Of a stretch of 44,289 nucleotides of DNA, positions 28,136 to 37,081 are shown one piece after another. The notes beneath the pieces were generated by a model. That model worked only from the letters and a program-made list of their open reading frames with translations. It made no database searches and was not told the origin of the DNA. Where the stretch lies: contig DASPLQ010000012.1 in the NCBI GenBank assembly GCA_035627515.1, forward strand, positions 521,269 through 565,557, written 5' to 3'. The DNA comes from Vitreimonas sp. (GTDB taxonomy: Bacteria > Patescibacteriota > Microgenomatia > UBA1400 > PJMF01). Every line of letters starts with the position of its first letter. Within the stretch, counting starts at the first letter, position 1. Both the position numbers and the translations under genes were made by a program.

Positions 28136-29041
28136 ATGCATGAGCGAATTTATTATTTAGGATCAAAGTTATTAGACAATTTAAAACTTACCCACCACAA
28201 GGAAATTGACCCCATTCCTGTTGACTCACTTGAAGCTATTATTACTCAAGTTACTCAAAATGAAAAAGTTGCCCCCACATTTAGAATTAATGCGATGCCA
28301 GCCCTATTTAAGACCAGTGATGGGGAGAGGTCAGCATTTGACGAGGAAATGAAAGCAGCTCAGCCTGATGGATATATTATTGGAGCAGGAACAGGGGGGA
28401 TATTTGCTTTGCTCAAGTATTTCAAAGAGGATAGAGCACCCAAAGGTATCATCATTTCAGATATAGATCCCACTATAATAGTTGCTGCCCGGATAATGAT
28501 AAAGGAATTAAGAGCAGCTAAGAACTATCAAGATTTTGCGAGAAGCTTTTTTTTCCAATCAAATCGAAGCTACCGACATAAAGTAAAAAAAGTACTTGCA
28601 CAAGACAGCTTTTTAAAAAAAGGTTTAAAAGAGTGGGATACCTGGGAAACCCCGATGGAAGCTACTAAAGATTTGTGGTTAGGGAATGTGCCTGAAAAGA
28701 TACAAACACATTTCTCTCTCTTACAACACCTAGCTTTAAATCACCAATTAGCTGCTTGTTATAGTGATGTGCTGAATTTAAAGTTGATTGCGACAATTTG
28801 CTCACTCCCTAATTTTTTAAGTCTGACCAATGTTATTTATTTGACTAATTTATTAGACTACTATCCAGGTTTTCATCAGACTGAAATGCCATCAGAAGTT
28901 AAAAACTTGAGACTCTTTGATCAATCGCAAAAACAACCCCTATTTGTTAGTACACCAATAGTTAGAGATCAAGAATTGTATGTCAGCCGTAGTAGCGATG
29001 AATTGATTTCTTTGAATAAAACGTTTATACCTAAGTCTTAA
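28136..29041 (+). CDS. Hypothetical AT-rich protein with possible Rossmann/SAM-binding fold
   Basis: IIGAGTGG glycine loop, IIISDIDP acidic beta-2 end and VIYLTNLLDY. Confidence 0.5.
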   Translation: MHERIYYLGSKLLDNLKLTHHKEIDPIPVDSLEAIITQVTQNEKVAPTFRINAMPALFKTSDGERSAFDEEMKAAQPDGYIIGAGTGGIFALLKYFKEDRAPKGIIISDIDPTIIVAARIMIKELRAAKNYQDFARSFFFQSNRSYRHKVKKVLAQDSFLKKGLKEWDTWETPMEATKDLWLGNVPEKIQTHFSLLQHLALNHQLAACYSDVLNLKLIATICSLPNFLSLTNVIYLTNLLDYYPGFHQTEMPSEVKNLRLFDQSQKQPLFVSTPIVRDQELYVSRSSDELISLNKTFIPKS

Positions 29042-30131
29042 TCGTTAGCCGCCGCTGATCTTTTTGCAGCGCGTCACCCTCACTAAACACTACTTTTAAT
29101 CGGGGCAAGCCTTGAGCCTTGATTATGGGCATTAGCCAACTCTCCACCTGTGAAAACCACTCAATAATCACCACCGAGCGTGGTGTCAGTAACGTATCCA
29201 CCGCCAAGGCATTAAACTCAGCCTCGGTTTCTATCTTCCACAAATCAAGGTGAAAGAATTTTCCCGCCACACCATGGCGCAAAAATTCGTATTCCTCCAG
29301 ATATGTATAAGTGGGCGAAGTAACTGTCTCGGTTATCCCCAGGAACTCAGCCGCGCCTTTGGCAAAAATCGTCTTACCCATGCCCAGTGAGCCATCCAAA
29401 CCAATCACTAACCCATGAGCTTTGATCTCATTCCAGTGTTTAAGAAGCAACTTGCCAGCAATTTGTTTAGTTTCCATTTCTGACTGGGAAACAAGCTGGG
29501 TAGCCTCCGTAGCGGCTTCGGCAATGTTAGTTTCGCCTTGGCGAAACACCACCGGGGTAGAGAGCGTGGTATCAATTACTGTTGAGGGTGGGTTAGGTGG
29601 CAGTTGACCAGCATCAAGGACGAGATCGATTAAACTTTTTTGTTTTTCAGACAGACCATCAAAAATATCGGTCACAGTGTAGGGCCGTTTGGCATCGGAA
29701 GCATTGGCGGAGGTGGCGGTCATTGGTCGGCCGTAAGCCTTCACGATCTCGACCACTAACGGATAATCAGGAATTCTGACGCCCAGCGTGCCAAATTCAG
29801 ACGCCACACCCTGCGCCACGGTGCCTACACTTTTGGAGACCACGGTCACTGGTCCGGGCAGGAAACGCTCATACAACTTCCGAGCCGAATCATTAACCTC
29901 GACATACTGAGCTGCCATTGCTGGATCGGTAACCGCAATCGAGAGGGGCTTGCCTTCGCGGCGAGCCTTGTAGGCTAATAACTTATCAACTGCGGTTTGG
30001 TTTAAGGCATCGACGCCGGCGCCGTAGGTGGTTTCGGTGGGAAAAATGACTAAGCCACCCGCGCGCAGTATCGCTATGGTCTCAGCGATGACTTGATCAC
30101 GGGGGGTGGTGTGTATATCAATCTTTTTCAC
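29031..30131 (-). CDS. tsaC-tsaE: TsaC (Sua5/YrdC) - TsaE fusion protein
   Basis: N-terminal IFPTETTYG, KARREGKPL, TATSANAS; C-terminal GLDGSLGMGKT, VTSPTY, HLDLWK, IIEW. GTG 30131 preferred over ATG 30206. Confidence 0.92.
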   Translation of the reverse strand: MKKIDIHTTPRDQVIAETIAILRAGGLVIFPTETTYGAGVDALNQTAVDKLLAYKARREGKPLSIAVTDPAMAAQYVEVNDSARKLYERFLPGPVTVVSKSVGTVAQGVASEFGTLGVRIPDYPLVVEIVKAYGRPMTATSANASDAKRPYTVTDIFDGLSEKQKSLIDLVLDAGQLPPNPPSTVIDTTLSTPVVFRQGETNIAEAATEATQLVSQSEMETKQIAGKLLLKHWNEIKAHGLVIGLDGSLGMGKTIFAKGAAEFLGITETVTSPTYTYLEEYEFLRHGVAGKFFHLDLWKIETEAEFNALAVDTLLTPRSVVIIEWFSQVESWLMPIIKAQGLPRLKVVFSEGDALQKDQRRLTIKT

Positions 30132-30137
30132 CTGAGT

Positions 30138-30218
30138 ATTATACGACACATCCCCGAAAACTGCTCTGACCTTCGCCTGGAGAACATAGCTGATAAGGAT
30201 TGGCACTTCTGCTATAAT
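30138..30218. promoter_or_regulatory. Back-to-back -10 elements for probably leaderless genes
   Basis: Minus-strand TATAAT (30138-30143) is 6 nt before GTG 30131. Plus-strand TGcTATAAT (30210-30218) is 5 nt before ATG 30224. Confidence 0.6.
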
Positions 30219-30223
30219 GATCT

Positions 30224-30571
30224 ATGTCTAGTTATCGAACTTCACAGCTTATGAATCAGACTACTGATGGCTCCAATGATTCCATCAAGTTTGATCTCTA
30301 TATCAAGACTCGAGAAATCAAACAAATTGCCGAATCCTTACAACAAGTCATGTTGATGTCTAAGAAGGATCGTCAAGCTTGGGTTAAAGAACACGAACCT
30401 TTTGTCAATCAATTGCTCGATACATTTATGGAAGACGCTTCTTCCGCACTCGATGGGTTATATCTCGATAATGAAGCTTTGAAGATGTCGATGGACTTTG
30501 TGATGAACTTGCGTGATGCCATCAATACGTTACAAGGAATCTTGTACGAGCGCTCCAATTTGAAAAGTTAA
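30224..30571 (+). CDS. Hypothetical helical protein upstream of yidC
   Basis: 115-aa ORF, 5 nt before yidC. Confidence 0.7.
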   Translation: MSSYRTSQLMNQTTDGSNDSIKFDLYIKTREIKQIAESLQQVMLMSKKDRQAWVKEHEPFVNQLLDTFMEDASSALDGLYLDNEALKMSMDFVMNLRDAINTLQGILYERSNLKS

Positions 30572-30576
30572 TCATC

Positions 30577-31383
30577 ATGCCTTTAGCTGAGCTTTTTACC
30601 CTTGTTATTTACCAGCCTTTTTTTAATGTTTTGATTTTCTTTTATTGGATGTTGGGCCAAGTTAGTCCTGGTCCTGCTGACATGGGTATAGCGGTGATTT
30701 TGTTGACGATCCTGATTCGTTTTTTGCTGCTCCCCATCTCATTGATGGAAGATCGCTCGGAAGAAGAACGGCGCAACATTGCTCATCGCATCAAAGAACT
30801 GGAAGTTGAGCTGGCTCATGATCCGGTGAAGTTGCGCAGTGAAGTCAAAGCTTTGTTTAAAAGCAAACCGAGAGTTGTGGCAGGTGAGTTGTTTTCGTTG
30901 TTTATTCAAGTTTCCACCTCATTGATGTTGTGGAGAATCTTCAGCAGTGGTTTAGAAGGTCGCGATTTGCACCTGATTTATTCGTTCATGCCTCAAGTAG
31001 AATTACCGTTTAATTTAGTTTTTTTGGGCCAATTTGATTTGGCGCACACGAGCTTTTTCTTGAACTTACTCCAATCAATCCTGATTTTTGTCTTAGAAAC
31101 AATTTCGATTTATACCTCGCCGTATCCACCGGGGCAGGGTGAAGTAGTCCGGATGCAGTTGGTTTTACCAGTAGTGTCATTTGTGATTTTCATGGGTTTA
31201 CCAGCCGGGAAAAAGCTGTTTGTGATTACGGCTTTGATTTTTAGTATTGTTGTCACGATCATTAAGGCCGTGCGCCGCCGTTTTGAAGCCTATCGCATCG
31301 AGCAGGAGCTGAAAGAAGCTGAAGCAGCTGCTCTGGCTGCAGCTGGTGGAGAGTCAGAAAAGGTAGTTGTCGAGGTAAAGTAA
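30577..31383 (+). CDS. yidC: Membrane protein insertase, short YidC/Oxa1 family
   Basis: YQPFFNVL...GIAVILLTILIRFLLLP, coiled-coil hairpin and several TM helices. Confidence 0.85.
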   Translation: MPLAELFTLVIYQPFFNVLIFFYWMLGQVSPGPADMGIAVILLTILIRFLLLPISLMEDRSEEERRNIAHRIKELEVELAHDPVKLRSEVKALFKSKPRVVAGELFSLFIQVSTSLMLWRIFSSGLEGRDLHLIYSFMPQVELPFNLVFLGQFDLAHTSFFLNLLQSILIFVLETISIYTSPYPPGQGEVVRMQLVLPVVSFVIFMGLPAGKKLFVITALIFSIVVTIIKAVRRRFEAYRIEQELKEAEAAALAAAGGESEKVVVEVK

Positions 31384-31422
31384 CCTCCGCTGTTGCTTTT
31401 TTAATCTTCAGAGTACAATACT

Positions 31423-31520
31423 AAGTAAGTAATTAAGTAACTTAGTAATTGAGTAATTTGTTTTCCCAGTCAATTATTTTGTTTCTTATTTACTGAATTA
31501 CTTATTTACTGAATTACTTA
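31423..31520. repeat. Octamer-periodic inverted-repeat intergenic element, copy 2
   Basis: AGTAA at 31428, 31436, 31444, 31452; TTACT at 31490, 31498, 31506, 31514 (TATTTACTGAATTACT x2). Confidence 0.9.
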
Positions 31521-31524
31521 ATGT

Positions 31525-32139
31525 ATGGAATTTGATCGCCTGGTAGTCTCATTTTTAGTCGATGAAGTCGTGGGTGGCTTTTTTATTTCTGTTCCACCTG
31601 GGCACATTGCTTGTGTTTATGATCGTGGCAGAGGAGTGTTACCCAAAGTGTGGGGACCCGGTCTGCACTTAAAAATTCCTTTTTGGCAGGTAGCAAAGTT
31701 ATTCACGGCTCAGGTATTAGAGTACTCAATTCGTGAAGGTTTTGACACTTCTAAAAATAAAGAAGCCTTAGGTGACACACCTATTACCACCAGTACCAAA
31801 GATGGTAAAGACATCTCAGTAGAAGGATCAGTTTTATTTAGAATTGATAAGAATAATGCTCCCGAGCTCTGGGAAAACATTGGTGAAAGTGTGGTCTCCA
31901 AGGTGGTTCGGCCTTTTTCACGGAGCAGAATCTCTTCAGTTTTCTCTGAGTTAACTTTAGATCAAATTAAACAAAACCGCTCTCAAGTAGAAACGATTGT
32001 CAAAGAAGATCTCAGTCATCACTTTCAAAACCGTGGTTTAGAGTGCGAAGGTTTTTTGTTATCTGAAGTCAAAATGAGCCGTGGCGGCCGCGAAGAAACC
32101 GTGATCAGTGTCGAGCCAACACCCACCGTTACTCCTTAA
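31525..32139 (+). CDS. SPFH/band 7/prohibitin-domain protein (short, no clear TM)
   Basis: VPPGHIACVYDRGRGV...PGLHLKIPF, TKDGKDISVE.SVLFRI. Confidence 0.85.
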   Translation: MEFDRLVVSFLVDEVVGGFFISVPPGHIACVYDRGRGVLPKVWGPGLHLKIPFWQVAKLFTAQVLEYSIREGFDTSKNKEALGDTPITTSTKDGKDISVEGSVLFRIDKNNAPELWENIGESVVSKVVRPFSRSRISSVFSELTLDQIKQNRSQVETIVKEDLSHHFQNRGLECEGFLLSEVKMSRGGREETVISVEPTPTVTP

Positions 32140-32173
32140 CTTTTCTGTTATTTTATCCGCGAACTATTGAGGC

Positions 32174-33727
32174 CTACAGTAAACACGTCTCAAAGAAGTG
32201 TCCAGCCAGCAAAGTGTAATCCACAATATTCACGTTACCATCCTGGTTAATATCAGCGCGAGGTGTAGTCAGCTGGGTTTGAAAAAAGTTAGTGGCTAAA
32301 ATGGTGTAATCGACAATATTGACAGTGCCATCCTGATTGATATCAGCTGCACAGACATCACTGGGAGGTGGTGTAGGAGTCGGGCTAGGGCTGGGCGTGG
32401 GAGTAACCGATGGTGACGGTGAGGGACTGGGGGTCGGTGAAGCCACACTTCCGCCAGGAGGTGCTACTACCTGTGGTGCCGCAGGATTTTCAGTGGGACC
32501 GTACTCATGAGTCAAGCGACCATACGGTAGAGTCGAGCCACTCTTGAATGTAGTGCCAGCATCGGCTTGGGTTTTCATGACGCCCGTAGTGTAATAACGA
32601 TACGCCAGGAATAAATTGCCACGCCGCATGTCTTGCCAACTGCGAGATTTGCTGGCATCAATAGGATTTTGAATGACAAACAAAATGGCTGTGCGCAAAG
32701 AACCTTTACCAGCTACGTTATGGTCGTATAAACGAGTGTCACCCCGATGCCACAAAAACTCCGCGTGGAAAATCAACCCTTCGATAGCTAAAGCAGTGTA
32801 GCTATACGCGTCATCTTCAGAAACTAACCATTGGCCAGTACAGCCAGTATTGCCGCGGCGAAGTTCTTCAGGAAGGCCGCCGTAAGTTTGGATGCCACGA
32901 ATATCACATTGAGCATCGCCCACTAAAGTTCCAGAAATCCGATCCAGCTGAAGCTGGTTGTGTTGTTGGTAGGCTTGGGCGGGGGTTAAACTCACTGCTG
33001 AGGGTGAAACCTCACTCAAGGTGACGCTGCCCTGGCGATCAGCTAAGTAATCACCAATCATCGCTGCTGACACCGACCCAAAAACGCCCCAGTTGTTGGC
33101 ACGTTCACGACTGGCCCAGGCCACTTTTTTGTAGACATGATCGCGCAACCAATTTTGAAACTGGAGTTTATCAGCACTTGTCCAGACTTCAGACTCTTCC
33201 AGTAAGTCAGCAGATTGGATCCAGAGTGGGATAGCAAATGCGAGCTTTAAAATACACTCATTGTTGCCCGAATACGTTTCTCCACCAAAGGTGTGAGTAT
33301 CAGTCAAATCTAAGATTTTTTCCCGAGCCGCAGCGGCGTAGGCTACGTTGCCGGTCAAATGATAAGCCAATACTTTGTCATAGACGAGTGTCCCGCCATC
33401 CTCTGGTGCCAAAAAGTTGTCGGCGCTAAAGTTGCTCGGTGAGAAACACTCGCCACTGCCAGAGACGTTAAACTCACCACTGACGCTGCCATAAGACCAA
33501 TGATCAGCCGGCTCCAACCGGTCCATGAAGTCGGCGACGTTTTGTTGGTAGGGTTGTTGATTCTGACTAGCTTTAGTTTTGATAGCTGATAACTCGGTGG
33601 GAGAGGTAATATAGCCACGGGAGTTTAAGCCGGTAGCGGCTTGGATTGGTACTGGTCTTGACCAGAACCAGCTGATACCACTTATCACTGTCAGGGACAA
33701 TAAAAGGTAAGTTACAATTTTGCGCAC
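32174..33727 (-). CDS. Secreted alginate-lyase-like (alpha/alpha toroid) protein with Pro/Thr linker and C-terminal dockerin
   Basis: Signal peptide; RANNW, EELRR and YSY motifs; (SP/TP)n linker; two Ca-binding repeats ADINQDGxVNIVDY. Confidence 0.7.
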   Translation of the reverse strand: MRKIVTYLLLSLTVISGISWFWSRPVPIQAATGLNSRGYITSPTELSAIKTKASQNQQPYQQNVADFMDRLEPADHWSYGSVSGEFNVSGSGECFSPSNFSADNFLAPEDGGTLVYDKVLAYHLTGNVAYAAAAREKILDLTDTHTFGGETYSGNNECILKLAFAIPLWIQSADLLEESEVWTSADKLQFQNWLRDHVYKKVAWASRERANNWGVFGSVSAAMIGDYLADRQGSVTLSEVSPSAVSLTPAQAYQQHNQLQLDRISGTLVGDAQCDIRGIQTYGGLPEELRRGNTGCTGQWLVSEDDAYSYTALAIEGLIFHAEFLWHRGDTRLYDHNVAGKGSLRTAILFVIQNPIDASKSRSWQDMRRGNLFLAYRYYTTGVMKTQADAGTTFKSGSTLPYGRLTHEYGPTENPAAPQVVAPPGGSVASPTPSPSPSPSVTPTPSPSPTPTPPPSDVCAADINQDGTVNIVDYTILATNFFQTQLTTPRADINQDGNVNIVDYTLLAGHFFETCLL

Positions 33728-33926
33728 AGCTTATTCTATCAAATATATCAAAAGATATCATTTTCTTGCTTTTTTCTTACTCAATTGTAGTTTTTTGTGT
33801 AGATCTGCGGCGTATAGTAAGAACTATTATCATTTACGGAGGTTTGTATGTGTGTTCGCATTAGCTATCGCAAAAAGCTACTCAACATTTAAGTGCTTAA
33901 CTTAACCGTGATGTCAGGAATGTATC

Positions 33927-35228
33927 ATGCATGTGGTTTTTATGTCTCCGCACTCAGATCCTGAGGCTCATCTTGGTGAACCTGATTCAGGGGGTCAGTG
34001 TATTTATGAACAACAACTAGGCAAAGCGTTGACGCGTCAGTTCGATGACATCGATGTGACGATTTTTTGTCGTGACACCAAGCGCCGTCCTCGCCACACC
34101 TGGCTCAGTGATCGTTGCCAGGTGATTCGGATTGAGTGTGGCGCCACCGACTATATTCCTAAAGAACACATTGAAGCAGCGCTCCCTAAGTTTGTGCACC
34201 AAGTGGTGCGCTTTTTACCTTTTCAAGAATCGGTAGTGGTGCATGGTCATTATTGGGATGGCGGCAAAGCCAGTTTACAACTGAAGCGGCTATTGCCTAA
34301 GCCGATGCCGTTGGTCTGGACACCTCACTCTCTAGGTAGTTTGAAAAGACAAAACTTCAAAGGTCTCAATCACGAAGTGGAGTATAACTTTATTCCTCGG
34401 ATCACGTGGGAAAATTACACTGCATTTTCTGCTGAATCGGTGATCGTTTCGAGTGTCCAAGAAAAAAAAGTGCTGACCGATGAGTACTTACTCAAACCCA
34501 CCAAAGTAGAAATTATTCCTCCTGGGATTGATTTAGAACAACTACAACCCATCAATCAACGTGATGCCCGTCAAAAGTATCACTTACCGGAAGATGGCAA
34601 GGTTATTTTGTGTCTGGGTCGGATGACGCCTGCCAAAGGGTATGAGCACGCCATCCATGGTTTAGCGAGTTTATTACAAAAATATACTGAGCCAGTTTAT
34701 TTGGTGATTTGTGGCGGTTCAGCTGACAACCAAACACTAGAAGAAAAGAAGTACTATGATTCTTTAGTCGAAATAGTTAAGGATTTAAGGCTACAAAAGC
34801 AAGTCATCTTTCTCTCGGCTGTGCCTCACGATGAAATTAACGAGTTGTATAGTGCAGCTGATATTTTTGTCTTACCTTCTGAACACGAGCCATTTGGACT
34901 AGTAGCATTGGAAGCTATGGCGTGTGGAGTGCCACTGGTGGCAGCCAATACGGGTGGTTTAGCTAGCTCACTCCAACACAACCTGCATGCGTGTTTAGTT
35001 AATATTCATAACTCTGAGCGGTTGTCATATTACTTCTTATCGTTACTCAAAGATACTCAATTTCGTCACAAATTAATTCGCAATGGCCAGAACTTAGTTA
35101 AAGAAAGTTATGGATGGGATGCCCGGGCTACCGAGTTTGCCCAAGTGTATCGTCAGGTACTGTCTAAGCCGTCACCCTTTTTTCATACTTGGGTTAATAA
35201 TAACTATTTTTTGAATGCCAACGTCTGA
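33927..35228 (+). CDS. GT4 glycosyltransferase, sucrose-phosphate-synthase-like
   Basis: SPHSDP...DSGGQCIY, HGHYWDGG, TPHSLG and EPFGLVALEAMACG. Confidence 0.85.
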   Translation: MHVVFMSPHSDPEAHLGEPDSGGQCIYEQQLGKALTRQFDDIDVTIFCRDTKRRPRHTWLSDRCQVIRIECGATDYIPKEHIEAALPKFVHQVVRFLPFQESVVVHGHYWDGGKASLQLKRLLPKPMPLVWTPHSLGSLKRQNFKGLNHEVEYNFIPRITWENYTAFSAESVIVSSVQEKKVLTDEYLLKPTKVEIIPPGIDLEQLQPINQRDARQKYHLPEDGKVILCLGRMTPAKGYEHAIHGLASLLQKYTEPVYLVICGGSADNQTLEEKKYYDSLVEIVKDLRLQKQVIFLSAVPHDEINELYSAADIFVLPSEHEPFGLVALEAMACGVPLVAANTGGLASSLQHNLHACLVNIHNSERLSYYFLSLLKDTQFRHKLIRNGQNLVKESYGWDARATEFAQVYRQVLSKPSPFFHTWVNNNYFLNANV

Positions 35229-37003
35229 TGTTTTACTACATTAAAGAAAATTATTACTTCGATATTGATCTATATCACCAATTTCGGATTACGGGGCCGG
35301 CTAATCATTTGTTGCTCGGTTTAAGTTTGCCTAAAGGCGTACCATTGGAGGTCAAAGAGTATTATATCGAGAATGAGCAGCTAGTCGTAAAGTTAGAGCT
35401 ATTGGCTGATCAATTACAACTCCCCTTGCCACTGGTGACTGATATTAGAACTTTGCGGGCTTTGACCGAGCCAAAGACGCCGCGTCCTACCTATCAAGAA
35501 CTACTGCTGCAATCACCTGAGTTAGTCAAACCGCGCACTATTACCCAACGTCAAGATGATGAGTTTCAAGTTATTACCTTTACCAATCAGTATCAAGAGC
35601 TTGATAAACCATTGACGTATGGTTCTGAGTTGTGGTTACCAAAAGAGTATTGGGTAGAGCTGAGTGAAACGCAGTTGCAGATCAAAGCCGAAAGTCCTTT
35701 GGTGCTGTGTATCAAAACTCAAAACAATGTTACTTCCAAAGCACCAGCTACTAAACAGTTGTTCAAAGAAGCAACTCAGTTGCCTGAAAACATGTTTAGT
35801 CAAAAATTAATTAAGCTCTATACCGATGCTTATCAGCACATTGAACATTTGATCAAAGCCCAAAAAACCAGCAGCTTTGAGTATGGCACCGTTTTCCCAC
35901 GGGATTGGATTGAGTCAGCTGATTTGGGGAGTACAGAACTGACGCAGGATACCATTGATTACATGTACTCACAGGCGATGGAGTTTGTCTCTGATGATGG
36001 GGAAGGGTGGCACGAGAATATCGTGGGGGAGTTCAAACACAAAAATGCTGACGAATCGACGCATATTGATCGTAAAATGATTGATATTGAACCACGGTAC
36101 ATCATGGGTGTGAGGCGGGTGAGTAAAAAATTTTTAACCGATCCTGAGCATCATCGCCGATTAAAATTGATAGCGAAATTTATTTTGAAAAATGCAGCTG
36201 AGTGTCACCAAATCTCCTTCAAGAAACGGAGGGATTCTGAAGAATATGAAGTGGTTGGCAATTGGCGAGATAGTTACTATGGTTACCCACGTCATAAAGC
36301 ACCACTCTCTCCATACGATGTTAACTGCGTTTTTTATCCGATTAGTTTAAAAATTATCCAAGAGTTCGCTGATTATTTTGAGATTGAAGATAAAGAACAC
36401 TTGGCTACCTTAATTAAAAAATGGGATGAGCAAAAAGTTCGCTTTCGTTTGTATCATGACGATAATTTAATCGGTTATTCTTTAGCCCTCCATGGCAAGA
36501 AACGTTTGCCGCTGCCAATTGCGCACCTCGATGAAAGTTATGATTTGTTTTATGGTTCACCCAGCATGGAAGAGATTGTCAGCTTTGCCCAAAAAATCAC
36601 CAGTCCGCACTTTTTTTATAGTCCTAGCGGTCCATTGTTAGTGGACATTGATGATGACTTTTTTACCACCGAACACTATCACGGTAAAGTCATTTGGCCC
36701 AAACAAGCTGCGTTTTCTATAGCGGGGTTAGCGCGACAGTTGCAACGTGGTCATCAAGAATTATGGCCGCGGGCAGTTTTGGAAACTATTCAGGAAAGTA
36801 TTATCACTACGGCTCAGGCTTGTTTCCGGGCTTGGGAACAGTTGGAAGCGATTCCGGAGCTTTATTATCATGATTTTATGGAGAACCGAGCCCGGTTATA
36901 CACCGATCAAGCACAGATTGAAGGTCAGATGAGCTTGATTCAATTATGGTCTGCCGTCGGAGGACGGCGAATTATGCAGGAATATGTAAAAGTAATTGAG
37001 TAA
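35228..37003 (+). CDS. (alpha/alpha)6 glycoside hydrolase, amylo-alpha-1,6-glucosidase/GDE-like
   Basis: YGTVFPRD, NWRDS, YDVN, HLDES and YHGKVIWP motifs; start overlaps the GT4 stop (TGATG). Confidence 0.65.
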   Translation: MFYYIKENYYFDIDLYHQFRITGPANHLLLGLSLPKGVPLEVKEYYIENEQLVVKLELLADQLQLPLPLVTDIRTLRALTEPKTPRPTYQELLLQSPELVKPRTITQRQDDEFQVITFTNQYQELDKPLTYGSELWLPKEYWVELSETQLQIKAESPLVLCIKTQNNVTSKAPATKQLFKEATQLPENMFSQKLIKLYTDAYQHIEHLIKAQKTSSFEYGTVFPRDWIESADLGSTELTQDTIDYMYSQAMEFVSDDGEGWHENIVGEFKHKNADESTHIDRKMIDIEPRYIMGVRRVSKKFLTDPEHHRRLKLIAKFILKNAAECHQISFKKRRDSEEYEVVGNWRDSYYGYPRHKAPLSPYDVNCVFYPISLKIIQEFADYFEIEDKEHLATLIKKWDEQKVRFRLYHDDNLIGYSLALHGKKRLPLPIAHLDESYDLFYGSPSMEEIVSFAQKITSPHFFYSPSGPLLVDIDDDFFTTEHYHGKVIWPKQAAFSIAGLARQLQRGHQELWPRAVLETIQESIITTAQACFRAWEQLEAIPELYYHDFMENRARLYTDQAQIEGQMSLIQLWSAVGGRRIMQEYVKVIE

Positions 37004-37066
37004 TTAAGTAAACTGCGCAACAACAAGCAACTCAATTACTTAGTTACTTAACTACTAATTTACTTA
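36990..37066. repeat. Octamer-periodic inverted-repeat intergenic element, copy 3
   Basis: AGTAA at 36991, 36999, 37007; TTACT/CTACT at 37036, 37044, 37052, 37060. Confidence 0.9.
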
Positions 37067-37081
37067 AACTGGAGATTATCT

